Counted from the stretch's first letter, positions 37,442 to 48,691 are shown. The stretch is 64,000 nt of DNA from Sedimentisphaerales bacterium (GCA_035529895.1 DATKVV010000022.1:1-64000); one strand, 5' to 3'. Translations and numbers: made by a program. The notes: generated by a model not told the origin, from the letters alone.

Positions 37442-38770
37442 TCATTTCCTGTTGGGTACCACCGGCTGAACCCACGCCGCTTCAAAGTCGCGGACGCCAG
37501 AGGAAGTGTTTCCGGGCCTGGTTGAAGTGACTTTGGCGCGCACGTAAATCTCGTTTCCGGTCAGGGTATAACGGGCCAGTGTGCCTTTTACCTCAGCCAG
37601 AACTTTGCCGATGTCGTCGCTGTAAATGCGTGTGGTTTGAATCTCGACGCCGTTTGCGTCCAGCACGGGTCTGCTCGTCGGGTCGAAGGCTTTGAGGGTG
37701 CCGATGAACCGGGTGGTATAGGAGACGCCGATTTGAGGCCTGATTGCAACTTTCAGCGTTCTGCCGTCAAACTGAACGTCTTTAAGGACGACGCCTGTCG
37801 AGGCGTAAAAATCACCGGCCTCCATTGCTTTGATTATCGATTCAGGGGTCAGATGGGCGGCCCGCACGATGACCCAGCCGCGGCCGGGATTGGCGGACTG
37901 CGGCCCCCATTCGTTATATTTGTGCGCGTCATCTGTCGCGGTGCCGTAAATAATGGGCAGGTTCAGCTCGGCCAGTCTCTTTGTCAGGATAATATCCCAC
38001 ATCCGCTCAGTGCCGGCGCGCTGCCTGTCGCCCGAGTTACGAACCGCTGGGTGGCAGTTGGCGACCTCGAAAAACTTCGCGCCCTCGACCTGCATAATAT
38101 CTTCAGCCCGCAACGCCCAGCGAAAGTTCGGATGGTTAATCTGGGCAAACATCATTCGCCCCGCAGCCTTACTCTGAGCCATAACCCTGTTTATGCAACT
38201 TCGCATTGCTTCCAACGCGCTGTCTGCTTCGTACGGCGGGATGACTTCACGCAGATTGATAGCATTGACGTGGGCCTTTTTCTGGGTAATCTCCTCAGCC
38301 TCAAGCAGGAGAAACCGGCCCGGCTCTTCGAAGAGGCAGCGGAATTCGTTCAATGGTTTCAGGCGCACCTGCAGTTTTCCATCGACTGTTCGCCAGTCGA
38401 CCCATTTGTCGCCGAAGCGTTCAAGGTACCTATTGAAGACTTTTCCTCCTCCCCGCTTATCTGTGACATCAATCCACTTTTGTCCCTGCGAGAGAATGTT
38501 GTGGTCCGACAGAGCCAGGAAGTTGTAGCGGTGCTTTTTGTACCACTCGACAACCATCTCGGGATAATCTCCGCCGTCGCTCCACAACGTGTGCGTGTGC
38601 AGGTTGCCTTTCCACCAGCGAGCAACAGGCTGTGCTTCGCGTCGCCCCATCTGTGCGCAACCTGCAAGAGTCAAGAAAGTCAGCACAGACACTATTACAG
38701 GGGCGCGCGCCGACCGGCGCCGGAACATGCGCCAATTGGCGATAGAAGATAAGGGCCGATACAGGTACAA
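37442..38770 (-). CDS. Secreted PHP-domain (polymerase/histidinol-phosphatase) metal-dependent phosphoesterase.
   Basis: HTHTLWSDG and LSDHN motifs. N-terminal lipoprotein-like signal. Confidence 0.5.
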   Translation of the reverse strand: MYLYRPLSSIANWRMFRRRSARAPVIVSVLTFLTLAGCAQMGRREAQPVARWWKGNLHTHTLWSDGGDYPEMVVEWYKKHRYNFLALSDHNILSQGQKWIDVTDKRGGGKVFNRYLERFGDKWVDWRTVDGKLQVRLKPLNEFRCLFEEPGRFLLLEAEEITQKKAHVNAINLREVIPPYEADSALEAMRSCINRVMAQSKAAGRMMFAQINHPNFRWALRAEDIMQVEGAKFFEVANCHPAVRNSGDRQRAGTERMWDIILTKRLAELNLPIIYGTATDDAHKYNEWGPQSANPGRGWVIVRAAHLTPESIIKAMEAGDFYASTGVVLKDVQFDGRTLKVAIRPQIGVSYTTRFIGTLKAFDPTSRPVLDANGVEIQTTRIYSDDIGKVLAEVKGTLARYTLTGNEIYVRAKVTSTRPGNTSSGVRDFEAAWVQPVVPNRK

Positions 38771-38774
38771 GAGT

Positions 38775-39560
38775 TTATCCCTTTTCTGTGATATATTTCT
38801 GGTAGGCCAGGACGATGCCCTTTACGACCAGGTTGGGGACGTAGGAATCAATGAACTCGCAGTCGTCCTTTATCAGCGCCGCGGCCGAGCCGGTAAGCAC
38901 CGTATGAGGCCATTTGCCGATTTTTTCCGCGTAACGCCTGATGACCTCCTGCAATGTCGAGATGGCCGAGTAATACAAGCCGCAGTTTATGGCATCTGTG
39001 GTGTTCTTGCCATACGGGGCCTCCGGCCTGGCGACTTTGACTTTCGGCAGCTGGGCGGTATTGCTGTGCAGGGCCTCGGCACTTATTTCGAAACCGGGGC
39101 AGATGACGCCGCCCTGGAAGATGCCGTGCTCATCGACAAGGTCTATGGTAACGGCGGTTCCGAAATCGGCAACGACCACCGCATCCTCGACAACGGCATA
39201 AGCCGCGGCCGCCGAGACCGCCCTGTCGGTGCCGACTTTCTCAGGCTCATCCACCCATAAAGTAATCGGCAAGGGTATATTCCCGCCTATGATGCAGAGC
39301 TTTTCGCCGAGGTGCTCGTCGACAATCTGTTCGACAAGCTCTGTCCAGGCGGGTCTGACACTGCTGACAACTATAACGCCATCGCGTTTTTTTTCTTTTG
39401 AACTTTTTGCGACCGGGACCTGCGTCCAGGCGGACCTGAACAACTCAGTCAGTTTTGGGCGGTCCTGGCCTGGGACGGATTGAATGAATTTTTCTTCACC
39501 TTCGAGAAAGAGGCCGATGGTGATATTCGTATTGCCGATATCCACGGCGATTATATTCAT
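38775..39560 (-). CDS. coaX: Type III pantothenate kinase.
   Basis: N-terminal IIAVDIGNTNI. ASKHA-fold length and motifs. Confidence 0.8.
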   Translation of the reverse strand: MNIIAVDIGNTNITIGLFLEGEEKFIQSVPGQDRPKLTELFRSAWTQVPVAKSSKEKKRDGVIVVSSVRPAWTELVEQIVDEHLGEKLCIIGGNIPLPITLWVDEPEKVGTDRAVSAAAAYAVVEDAVVVADFGTAVTIDLVDEHGIFQGGVICPGFEISAEALHSNTAQLPKVKVARPEAPYGKNTTDAINCGLYYSAISTLQEVIRRYAEKIGKWPHTVLTGSAAALIKDDCEFIDSYVPNLVVKGIVLAYQKYITEKG

Positions 39561-39563
39561 GCT

Positions 39564-40571
39564 TTATTTCCCCGCCGGCTCTTTACTCTCTTTAACCTTC
39601 TGCCAGAGCAGCTCGGTTAATTCCTTTATCCCCGCGCCCGTCACAGCCGAGACCGGGTAAATCTTTTCGCTGAGCGTTTTTCGAAGCTGCTCAACAATCT
39701 TGCCGTCCGGGCTGAGGTCTATCTTGTTGGCGACAATCACTTCGGCCTTCTGCGCCAGCGCTTTGCTGTATTGTTCGAGCTCGCTGCGGACGGCTTTGTA
39801 GTTGTCCACAGGGTCAGAGCCGTCAAGCGGCATTATATCAAGAAGGTGGACAATAATTCGAGTCCTTTCTATATGTCTGAGGAATTCGAAGCCCAGTCCC
39901 GCTCCTTCGTGTGCGCCTTCAATGAGTCCCGGGATGTCGGCCATAACGAACCGCCTGAAATCGCTCAACTCGACTATGCCGAGGACAGGCTCAAGCGTAG
40001 TGAACGGATAAGCGGCGATTTTCGGCCTTGCGGCGGAGCAGCGAGAAATCAGGGTGCTCTTGCCGGCATTGGGCATGCCGACCAGCCCGACGTCGGCTAT
40101 GAGTTTCAACTCCAGCCTGATGTTTCTTTCCTGGCCTGTTTTGCCAGGCTCAGCGTACCTTGGCGTTTGATTGGTCGGCGTTGCGAAGGCCTTGTTGCCT
40201 TTGCCCCCCCTGCCGCCCAGGCAAACGCGGACCTTCATTCCAACCTGGTTAAGGTCCTTGAGCAACAGGTCCAAATCCGTGTCGTAAATGAGGGTGCCCG
40301 GGGGGACTTTGACAGTAAGGTCGTCGCCGTCGGCGCCGTGTCTGTTATTTCCGGAGCCGGGCCAGCCGCTCTGAGCACGCCAGTGATGCTTGCCGGCAAA
40401 ATCCAACAGCGTATCGAGGTTTTCCACGGTCTGGAAATAAACGTTGCCGCCTTTTCCGCCATTACCCCCGTCGGGGCCGCCTTTGGGGATGAATTTTTCC
40501 CGGCGAAAGCATACGCATCCATCGCCGCCGTCCCCGGCCTTGACCCAGATTTTCGCCTCGTCGATAAACAT
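39564..40571 (-). CDS. obg: GTPase Obg/CgtA.
   Basis: Gly-rich Obg fold (GGDGG..GGNGGKGG). G domain GLVGMPNAGKST. Confidence 0.9.
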   Translation of the reverse strand: MFIDEAKIWVKAGDGGDGCVCFRREKFIPKGGPDGGNGGKGGNVYFQTVENLDTLLDFAGKHHWRAQSGWPGSGNNRHGADGDDLTVKVPPGTLIYDTDLDLLLKDLNQVGMKVRVCLGGRGGKGNKAFATPTNQTPRYAEPGKTGQERNIRLELKLIADVGLVGMPNAGKSTLISRCSAARPKIAAYPFTTLEPVLGIVELSDFRRFVMADIPGLIEGAHEGAGLGFEFLRHIERTRIIVHLLDIMPLDGSDPVDNYKAVRSELEQYSKALAQKAEVIVANKIDLSPDGKIVEQLRKTLSEKIYPVSAVTGAGIKELTELLWQKVKESKEPAGK

Positions 40572-40604
40572 TATTTGTCAACGGTTATAAAAAGAACTGT
40601 GACC

Positions 40605-42575
40605 TTACAGCGCCAATGCCCGCTGGGCGATGTGCTCGGCGGTCAAACCGAATTTTCTCAAGAGCTGCCAGGACGGCGCCGATTGTCCGAAACGGTCGTC
40701 AACACCGAGCATGTCGATTTTAAGCGGCTCATCGAACTGTTTTTCAGTGCAGGCTGCGGCGGCGACGATGGAACCGAAGCCTCCCGTTTGGTGCTCCTCG
40801 ACGGTGATAATCCGGCCTATGTCTGTGACGGCAGCTTTTATGGCCGCACGGTCGAGCGGCTTGATGGTGTGCATATCGATTACCCGCACTTGCAGGTCGT
40901 GTTCGGTTTTGAGAATGTACGCTGCGCGCATGGCCTCGGCTACCATAGGCCCGCAGGCGATAATGGCGATATTCTCGCTTTCGTTCGCATATTGGGTTGA
41001 AAGGACTGTTTCAAACGCGTCGATGAACCTCGGTTTTCGACCGCGGTATCGTATGATGTTCGCAACGCCCCATCTGTATGGTGTATCATCGGTGGTCACA
41101 ATCGGCGTCGCCTCACGCCCAAAGCGAATGTAACCGGGCCCGACAACATCGAGAATGATGGCTTTGGCGGCTTTTCGGGTCTCCACTGAGTCAGCGGGAA
41201 CCGCAACGTGCATGTTAGGCAGAATATTCACGAGCGTTATATCTTCCAGCGCCTGGTGGGTGGCGCCGTCCGGCCCGACCGAGATGCCGCCGTGCGCACC
41301 GGCCATTTTTATATTGAGATTGCTGTAGCACGCTGTTGTGCGTAACTGGTCCCAGCATCTGCCGGCCGCGAAAACACCGTAGGTTCCGCCTATAGGAATC
41401 CGCCCGTTGCGTGCCAGGCCGCAAGCGACGCCAACCATATTTTGCTCGGCGATACCCACACTGTACACGCGCGATTTGCGCTGCGGATGCCCGGCCTCAA
41501 AATCGGTCATCCTTATGCTTCCGGAGATGTCGGCGTGCAACGTACACAACCGCTGGTCATCGCCAATCTCGTCAAGTGCGCGGCCAAATCCCATCCGAGT
41601 GGAATCCATTTGCACCTTCATCTGCTCTTCGCTGTTCCACCAGAAGTTGCGGGAGAACTTCGGAAGTAAATCCCTTGTTTTCTCTTCATTGACTCGATTA
41701 GCTTGCTCGGAAAGAGCGAGCATCCTGTCAACGAATTCTTTGGTGACTTCTTCGGCGCCGATATCCGCCAGGGCCTGGTCAAGCTGGTCCCGGCCCTTGG
41801 TCGCCACACCGTGCCAGCCCGCTTCATTTTCCATGAATGAGACGCCCTTGCCCTTTATCGTTCTGGCTATGATGCACGTCGGTTTGCCTCTGTTCTTTTT
41901 TGCCTGGTTCAGGGCGTCAAGTATCTGTTTCATATCGTGGCCGTCAATCGTAATGACGTGCCAATTGAACGCCTCATACTTCTTGTCAAGGGGGTCGATA
42001 TCCATTACCTGCCGGGTAGGGCCATCAATCTGCAGGCCGTTTTTGTCGACAATAGCGACGAGGTTGTCCAGTCGGAAGTGACCGGCGGCCATGATTGCTT
42101 CCCACACACTGCCCTCGTCGTGCTCGCCGTCGCCGAGTATACAGTAGGTGGTGTAATCGAGGTTGCGTTCTTTGGCGTCGAGGGCCTGCCCGACGGCGAA
42201 GCCGAGGCCCTGGCCGAGTGAGCCGGTTGAGACCTCAATACCGGGCAGCTTAAGCCAATGCGGGTGACCTTCAAAGGGACTGTCCAGCTTCCTCAGTTGT
42301 GTAATCACATCCTCCATCCTGCAGTAACCGGCTGCCGCCAGAGCCACGTACAAAGCAGGGGCCTTGTGACCTGCTGACCATATACAGCGGTCGCGCTGCG
42401 GCCAATCGGGGTCGTCGGGATTGTGTTTCATTACCTCGAGATAGAGCGCGGCGGCTATGTCCATAATCGAAAGGGTCCCGCCCGGATGGCCCGAACCGGC
42501 ACAATGAATGGCCAGGATGTTACAGGCACGCATCCGACGTGCCGCGGACTCAAGTTGTTTGACATCCATCCTCAA
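40605..42575 (-). CDS. tkt: Transketolase.
   Basis: GSGHPGGTLS TPP-binding motif. Length 656 aa. Pyr and C-terminal domains present. Confidence 0.75.
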   Translation of the reverse strand: MRMDVKQLESAARRMRACNILAIHCAGSGHPGGTLSIMDIAAALYLEVMKHNPDDPDWPQRDRCIWSAGHKAPALYVALAAAGYCRMEDVITQLRKLDSPFEGHPHWLKLPGIEVSTGSLGQGLGFAVGQALDAKERNLDYTTYCILGDGEHDEGSVWEAIMAAGHFRLDNLVAIVDKNGLQIDGPTRQVMDIDPLDKKYEAFNWHVITIDGHDMKQILDALNQAKKNRGKPTCIIARTIKGKGVSFMENEAGWHGVATKGRDQLDQALADIGAEEVTKEFVDRMLALSEQANRVNEEKTRDLLPKFSRNFWWNSEEQMKVQMDSTRMGFGRALDEIGDDQRLCTLHADISGSIRMTDFEAGHPQRKSRVYSVGIAEQNMVGVACGLARNGRIPIGGTYGVFAAGRCWDQLRTTACYSNLNIKMAGAHGGISVGPDGATHQALEDITLVNILPNMHVAVPADSVETRKAAKAIILDVVGPGYIRFGREATPIVTTDDTPYRWGVANIIRYRGRKPRFIDAFETVLSTQYANESENIAIIACGPMVAEAMRAAYILKTEHDLQVRVIDMHTIKPLDRAAIKAAVTDIGRIITVEEHQTGGFGSIVAAAACTEKQFDEPLKIDMLGVDDRFGQSAPSWQLLRKFGLTAEHIAQRALAL

Positions 42576-42691
42576 AAATTTCCCAAAAGTATACTGAACT
42601 GTCGCTGCCGCTGGTGTTCGTTCCAGAAGTCATCCTCCTGCTCACATTGGAAATAACGTTTTGAACCGATATAATCGCCAGGCTCTCTGTT

Positions 42692-43927
42692 CTAACTTTC
42701 AATCCATTGTTTGAACCTGTTTAGTCCTTCTTCGATATCATCAACGTCGATGCCTGAGTAGGCAAAGCGGATGTATAGCCGCGACTCGCCCGGCAAAGGT
42801 CTGCCGAAGTGCCGCCGGGTGCAGAAAGAAACACCCGTTTGCTGCAGGGCAGCCTTGCGAAACTGTTCATAATCACCGGGGTCCCCAAACGCCGTATTTT
42901 GCGTTTGGGGGGGGCCGCCGAAGCCTTTGCGCTTCATTGCCTCGGTTACGTTCGGGAAGAGATAGAAGGTCGCGTTGGGCCTGAAACATCTGATACCGTC
43001 GATGGAATTGAGCATTGAGACAGCCATGTCCCGCCGCGCAGCCAGTGTTTTGACAACTTGGTCCGCCCCGGATTGGTCGCCGGTCAGTCCTTCTATGGCA
43101 CCGTATTGGATGAAATGATTGGAGCAGGATTCATCATTGACATTAAGCTTTGCTATCACGTCAACCACTTCCCTGGGGCCTATGCTGGCGCCGAGCCGCC
43201 AGCCTGTCATCGCGAATTTCTTGGAGAACGTGTACAAGAGTAAACATCTTTCCGCCATGCCGGGCAAAGACGCCAGCGAAAGGGATTTGCCTTCATACCG
43301 GATGTCAAAATAGGCCTCGTCGCAAAGTACGAAAAGATTGTGTCGCCTGATTACATCGGCCAGCGCCTCCAGTTCCTGCCGCGATGCCTCGGCGCCTGTG
43401 GGGTTCTGAAGGTCGTTTACCACGATTAACTTCGTGCGCGGCGTGATTTTCTTCTCGATCTGGTCTATATCCAGCTCGAAGTTTTCCTTTCCTTCGTGAT
43501 AAGTATAGGGCAGCCCTATGCCGCCTTGAAACTCAATCTGTGACTCGTAGATGGGATAGCCGGGGTTGGGATAAAGGACCTCATCGCCGGCGTTCATCAT
43601 CGCCATAAAAAACTTGCTTATCGTCGGCTTGCCGCCCGGCTGAATGGCCACGTTGTCTATCGTGTAATCGGTTCCGTGGCTTCGATTGATGTCCTCGGCA
43701 AGAAGCTCCCTTAACCTGGGGATGCCGTAATTAGGACAATATCCCGTCTTGCCATCTTTCATTGCCCTGTAAGTGGCTTCAATAATATTGTCGGGAGTCT
43801 TGATATTCATATCTCCGAGGTGGAAAGGATAGACCCTGTTGCCCTGGGCGACATGTTTTGCCGCCTCGGCGGAAACGGCAAAAGCCGTTTCGGTTCCAAG
43901 CTTCGACACACGTTTCGCTAACTCCAT
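42692..43927 (-). CDS. Class I/II PLP-dependent aminotransferase. The start is taken at the internal MELAKRV.
   Basis: NPTG, DEAY and SKKF(A) PLP-lysine region motifs. SD ggag before the internal ATG. Confidence 0.7.
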   Translation of the reverse strand: MELAKRVSKLGTETAFAVSAEAAKHVAQGNRVYPFHLGDMNIKTPDNIIEATYRAMKDGKTGYCPNYGIPRLRELLAEDINRSHGTDYTIDNVAIQPGGKPTISKFFMAMMNAGDEVLYPNPGYPIYESQIEFQGGIGLPYTYHEGKENFELDIDQIEKKITPRTKLIVVNDLQNPTGAEASRQELEALADVIRRHNLFVLCDEAYFDIRYEGKSLSLASLPGMAERCLLLYTFSKKFAMTGWRLGASIGPREVVDVIAKLNVNDESCSNHFIQYGAIEGLTGDQSGADQVVKTLAARRDMAVSMLNSIDGIRCFRPNATFYLFPNVTEAMKRKGFGGPPQTQNTAFGDPGDYEQFRKAALQQTGVSFCTRRHFGRPLPGESRLYIRFAYSGIDVDDIEEGLNRFKQWIES

Positions 43928-43967
43928 AATCGACTCCTCGAAAAATCCTTCACGTCGGTTCCGCAGG

Positions 43968-44783
43968 TCACAGTGTAACCTCACGTCCTTTCTCCCGGAC
44001 CGGCTTGTCCCCGAGAGCTTGGCGAATCTCGGCCAGGTCCTCATCCAGCGCGCGCCTGAAAAGCGTCATATCCGCCCGGCGCAGAATCATATTCAGCCCG
44101 GCTTTGCCCCACTTGATTTCCTGGTCCACCCGAGGCAGATTGTGACAGCCCACCCCGACGTTCCTGGCCCGGGCCTTGTCGATTATCGTCTGCATCGCCT
44201 CGGCAAAGAGCGGATGGTCGAACTGCCCCGGAACACCGAGGCTGCATGACAGGTCGCTGGGCCCAACCATCAGACCGTCCACCCCCGGCACGGCCAGAAT
44301 CTCATCCAGCGCCTCAATCGCAGGCACGCTTTCAATATTCACCAGCAGGACCTGGCCTTCGTTCTTTTTTGCAACGTGCTTCGCAAGGTCGCCTTCGAGC
44401 TTGCTTTTGCCCGAGAGTATGGCCTCGAGGCTCTTACCCTTGATTGGGCGAAGCTTGAGCGCGCTGCGCAGTTGATTCACCTGGTCGGCGGTTTCCATGT
44501 AGGCCGCGACAACCCCCACCCCTCCCATATCCAGCACCCGGCACGCCTCGAACGGGTCCGGCCGGGGGATGCGCACTATCGGCGCCATCCCCAAACCTCT
44601 AAAGGTATGGCACATCCATCCGAGCTTGTCCCAATCCATCGGGATATGCTCGGTATCGATGAACACGCAATCGATATCCAAATCCCGCATCACTTCGACC
44701 CATTTGGGCGACGTCGAAATAATCAACGTGCCGTAAATCCGTTTGCCGCTGTGCAGCGCTTCTGCCAGTTCTTTGCCATTCAT
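43968..44783 (-). CDS. HpcH/HpaI-family 2-keto-3-deoxy-sugar-acid aldolase.
   Basis: The FIDTEH motif and overall similarity to the family. Confidence 0.65.
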   Translation of the reverse strand: MNGKELAEALHSGKRIYGTLIISTSPKWVEVMRDLDIDCVFIDTEHIPMDWDKLGWMCHTFRGLGMAPIVRIPRPDPFEACRVLDMGGVGVVAAYMETADQVNQLRSALKLRPIKGKSLEAILSGKSKLEGDLAKHVAKKNEGQVLLVNIESVPAIEALDEILAVPGVDGLMVGPSDLSCSLGVPGQFDHPLFAEAMQTIIDKARARNVGVGCHNLPRVDQEIKWGKAGLNMILRRADMTLFRRALDEDLAEIRQALGDKPVREKGREVTL

Positions 44784-45049
44784 CAGGTTAAATCCTCACT
44801 TTCTCAATGCAACCAACATTTTTGCGGGACCAACTCGACCCAGTCACCTCGCTGAGAATCAATTTCAATAAAATACCACACAGACGCCGCAATTGCCACC
44901 ATCTTTGCGTTCCTTTTCCGCGAGTTTTCAGACTGAATCCAAAAAACCAAGGCCCTGACGTCAGGTCTGTTACAGTGAAAAGGCGCTTCTTCTTTATAAT
45001 GCGGTTCCAAGCCTGTTGGTGGCGTGTCCTTAATTTGACGCAGCGACGG

Positions 45050-46171
45050 TCAGACAAGATACTGCTTTACAAGTCTTTCCGCCGCCGAGCGCAAAAGGCT
45101 ACGGCTGTTTCCAAGTGCTTTGTCGAGGGACATATTCTCCGGCTTGCAGGCGATAGCGGCAAGGATTCCCGCCCTTTGATACTCGGCCTGCGACAAATCC
45201 ACCTGGCCCGCTATGACGACGGCGGCGGTATTGAACCGGGCGGCAATCTCGGCTATCCCAGAGACAACCTTGCCGTAGAGGCTTTGACGGTCAAAACGGC
45301 CTTCGCCTGTAATAACCCAGTCGGCATCGGCAAGCTCGGCCTCGAGATTGGTGAAATTAATTATGGTCTTTATGCCGGATACGAGTGTGGCGTTCATAAA
45401 GGCCACGGCGCCCGCGGCCAGTCCCCCGGCCGCCCCGCCGCCGGCAATGCCTTCTATTTCGCAATTCAGTTGCGTGCGGACGACCGCAGCCAGGTTAGCG
45501 AGGCCGGCTTCCAGCGCATCGACCATTTGCGGCGTTGCCCCCTTCTGCGGACCGTAGACCCTGGCGGCGCCTTCGTTGCCGCAAAGAGGGTTTGTGACAT
45601 CACAGATGACTTCAACGGCGGCCGGTGAGGGCAGGGCCGGTTTCGCAATTGCGGAGATTTGCGCCAACCCTTCACCGCCGGGCGGAACCTGCATACCTTT
45701 GTTGTCGAGGAACTTCCACCCAAGCGCCGCGGCCGCACCGATACCGCCATCTACCGTTGCGCTGCCGCCTACCGCCAGCAGAACCTTACGTGGATTGTAT
45801 TCGAGGGAGGCTTTTATAAGCTGGCCCGTACCGTAGGTGGTTGTTTTCATAGGATTGTATTGGTCGGGCGAAAGCAGTTGCAGCCCACTGGCGGAAGCCA
45901 TTTCAACCAATGCGGTACGGGTGCTGTCGAACCACGCAAAGCCGGCTGCGACGCTCATTTCGGGTAATGGTCCTGTCACCGTGGCCGGCACCCACCGGCC
46001 GCGGGCCGATTTAAGCATAGCCCGGGCAGTGCCTTCGCCGCCATCGGCCATAGGTTTTATCGAAAGCTGCGCATCGGGCAAGAATTCGGCGATAACTTCC
46101 GCAATTATCCGACATGCTTCGCAGGCGGGGATAGTACCCTTGAACGAGTCCATTGCAACAACGATTTTCAT
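45050..46171 (-). CDS. Glycerate kinase.
   Basis: N-terminal MKIVVAMDSFKGT is diagnostic of the GlxK/GarK family. Confidence 0.8.
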   Translation of the reverse strand: MKIVVAMDSFKGTIPACEACRIIAEVIAEFLPDAQLSIKPMADGGEGTARAMLKSARGRWVPATVTGPLPEMSVAAGFAWFDSTRTALVEMASASGLQLLSPDQYNPMKTTTYGTGQLIKASLEYNPRKVLLAVGGSATVDGGIGAAAALGWKFLDNKGMQVPPGGEGLAQISAIAKPALPSPAAVEVICDVTNPLCGNEGAARVYGPQKGATPQMVDALEAGLANLAAVVRTQLNCEIEGIAGGGAAGGLAAGAVAFMNATLVSGIKTIINFTNLEAELADADWVITGEGRFDRQSLYGKVVSGIAEIAARFNTAAVVIAGQVDLSQAEYQRAGILAAIACKPENMSLDKALGNSRSLLRSAAERLVKQYLV

Positions 46172-46258
46172 AGCGGCTGCCGAAACACGCCGAAAATAAC
46201 CGCAGAATTCCGTGAGGTCTGAACGGTCTAAAGCACAGGGACGCCTTTCGGGTCCAAC

Positions 46259-48691
46259 TTATCTGTTATGCCTGATAAGCCAGATTTCGCTAACTTGTGA
46301 ACCGCGCTGGCCTTCGCCGCAGGTCCATATCAATACGAGCCGGCCGTCTGCGGTGGCCTCCTGCGGAATCAGAAATTCCCGAATCGGCGGTTTTCCCGCC
46401 TCGATTAAATCATGAACCATATACACGTCATCCGCGAAAAGGCGCACCATTTTGCCCCTCTTTCCGGTGTAAGCTACCCTCACCGAGTAAGCGGCGTCGG
46501 GGTCAAGGTTTTCATAATATAGCCGCAAGGGGGTCTCGTAGATTGTCCCGACCTGATTCTTCCAGGCCATAGGTATGTCACGATCTTCGGGGCTATCGAC
46601 TATGTAATAGAAGGCAATCCTTGGAGATTTGAGGGTCCCCGGGTCGTCCTCCCAGGGCACGGTATTTAATATGCGCTTCATACTCGAAGGCGAACCCATG
46701 TTGTCGTAGAATCCTCCGGGGCCCGGGTTTGTGCGGTTGACTACGCGGTCTATTGCCTCCCGTCTTGCGGGCTCATCTTTGATGTCGCGGATTTGCCTGA
46801 ATTGTGAAAACAGCCAGCCGACATTATTCAGCGGCTCGTCGATGCCATCCATAAAAGCACCGCGGGTGCGATGTTGCCCCCCGTGCTTCTCCACCGTAAG
46901 CTGACTGCCGATATTCTCGAAAAGCGAATCGGCCAACTGCTCACACTTTTTCTTGTAATCCGCCGCAACCGGTTGAGTTTTTGCTCTTTGCAGAATCTCT
47001 TCCGCCTTATCAATAGCCAGCAGCGAGCCTGTCTCCGGCGGCGCCCTTAACGCCTCCAGCGCTTCCTGCTCCAGCTCGGTTTCATGTATCAGCCGGCGCT
47101 TGATATATGCATCGTAGTAGGCCCGCATCAGGCCCATCTGGAATCTGTAATTATCTTTTACCTTCTGAGGAACTCTATTTTCCAAGTCCCGCCATTGTGC
47201 CAGGGTGACGTCCACCTGGTCATTTACCGCCAGCGGTCCCTCCCAGTTTCTTTCCTGCGCCATAAAGCCCTGTGCAAGCTCTTCACTGAACTGTGGGCTG
47301 ATGAACAACCTGCTGTAATCCCGGAGCGTCTCGATGACGGACGTCCGGGGGTCCCAATCCTGGTCGCCCCAGATGAACTTGTTAATGTCGTCGTTAATTC
47401 CTTCCGAATAGGTCAGCGAGCCGCACGCGTACTCGTCAAGGGCGTTGTGAATCTTTTTCATAGCGACCGGCCGGGGATTGAAACATTCGCGATGAAGGGT
47501 CAACGCCAGAGCGAGGTCCCAGTCTTTCACCGGATACTGGCACGCAACATTATGCGTAATATCCGGATAGCGCCGAATTTTGATGGCTTTATCAACAGTC
47601 TTTCGCATCTCCGGCAGCGGCGTTTTCACCCACGGCGCAAAGGCCACGCCGCCAAGCCACTTTGGCCTGCGATTCACATGCTTATAGAAAGAGTCAAGCC
47701 ATTCTCTCGTGGGCTGCATTGCCTGCGGCGACACCCAAATCTTTGCCCTCGGATGGTACCTGTTCAAAACGTCCGCCACCTTGTCCATCCAGGGGAAGAA
47801 GACGTCGGGATGGAGGCGGCCGGGGTCGCCGCCGGGGACCAATATGTGGTCGATGCGTTTTAGTTTTTTGAATACTTCTTCACGCTCGGCCAATTCCTTC
47901 TTTATCCCATCGGCGCTGGTGTAATCCTTGCCCACATTCGGATACCAAATCCACACATCCAAGCCGTACGAATCACATATATCCGACATTCGTATCATCA
48001 TCTCCATCGCCGGGACCTTCATGTGCCGGCTCGTCGGGTCATCGTCGCTGTGCGGCGGAATAAGCTCTATGCTGTTGGTGCCGAAAAGCGCCATCTCACG
48101 AATGTACTGGTCGAACTGCGCCGCCGACCACGCATCATAGGCGTTCGTCTTGGGACGGTAGCCTAACTGATGTCCCCGCAGCGGATACTTTGGCGCAGTC
48201 ACAATATTGAGGCCATCGGGCGCCAATACGGAGCCTTGCGTAAGATGCATTTTCCGCAGCAGCCGTCCAATGCCGTAAAGCATACCGCGGGAATCTTTGC
48301 CGCAAATGATGACTGCGGGTCGAGGTTCGGTCCTGGCAACCAGACAAAATCCTTCGGCGCCCGGGACAACAGCGCCTTTCACATCAGCAAAGAAAGGTCC
48401 TGCAAACCGTTTTGCCTGTGATTGCAGGCCGACGGCAATAACGGGCCTGTCCCCGTCGGGCCAGTCGTGCCTCACGCTCAATTCGACTCCGGTCCTTTTC
48501 TGAATTTCTTCCTGCAGAACCGTTATGGCCTTTTGTTCGGCGATTGCGGGTTTGTCGACAGTGACAATTACACCAGCGGAAAAGTCCAGCATGTCTTGTC
48601 CGGCGAGACTCGATGAGGTAACGCCAAAAAGGAACAGGCAGACGGCCGCAACAACCTTTGGAACCTCTGTTACGCACGAATTTTTGTCCAT
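46259..48691 (-). CDS. Secreted TIM-barrel glycoside-hydrolase-like protein. The family was not resolved.
   Basis: Signal peptide. Long ORF. ggag SD before the internal ATG (MDKNS). Confidence 0.45.
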   Translation of the reverse strand: MDKNSCVTEVPKVVAAVCLFLFGVTSSSLAGQDMLDFSAGVIVTVDKPAIAEQKAITVLQEEIQKRTGVELSVRHDWPDGDRPVIAVGLQSQAKRFAGPFFADVKGAVVPGAEGFCLVARTEPRPAVIICGKDSRGMLYGIGRLLRKMHLTQGSVLAPDGLNIVTAPKYPLRGHQLGYRPKTNAYDAWSAAQFDQYIREMALFGTNSIELIPPHSDDDPTSRHMKVPAMEMMIRMSDICDSYGLDVWIWYPNVGKDYTSADGIKKELAEREEVFKKLKRIDHILVPGGDPGRLHPDVFFPWMDKVADVLNRYHPRAKIWVSPQAMQPTREWLDSFYKHVNRRPKWLGGVAFAPWVKTPLPEMRKTVDKAIKIRRYPDITHNVACQYPVKDWDLALALTLHRECFNPRPVAMKKIHNALDEYACGSLTYSEGINDDINKFIWGDQDWDPRTSVIETLRDYSRLFISPQFSEELAQGFMAQERNWEGPLAVNDQVDVTLAQWRDLENRVPQKVKDNYRFQMGLMRAYYDAYIKRRLIHETELEQEALEALRAPPETGSLLAIDKAEEILQRAKTQPVAADYKKKCEQLADSLFENIGSQLTVEKHGGQHRTRGAFMDGIDEPLNNVGWLFSQFRQIRDIKDEPARREAIDRVVNRTNPGPGGFYDNMGSPSSMKRILNTVPWEDDPGTLKSPRIAFYYIVDSPEDRDIPMAWKNQVGTIYETPLRLYYENLDPDAAYSVRVAYTGKRGKMVRLFADDVYMVHDLIEAGKPPIREFLIPQEATADGRLVLIWTCGEGQRGSQVSEIWLIRHNR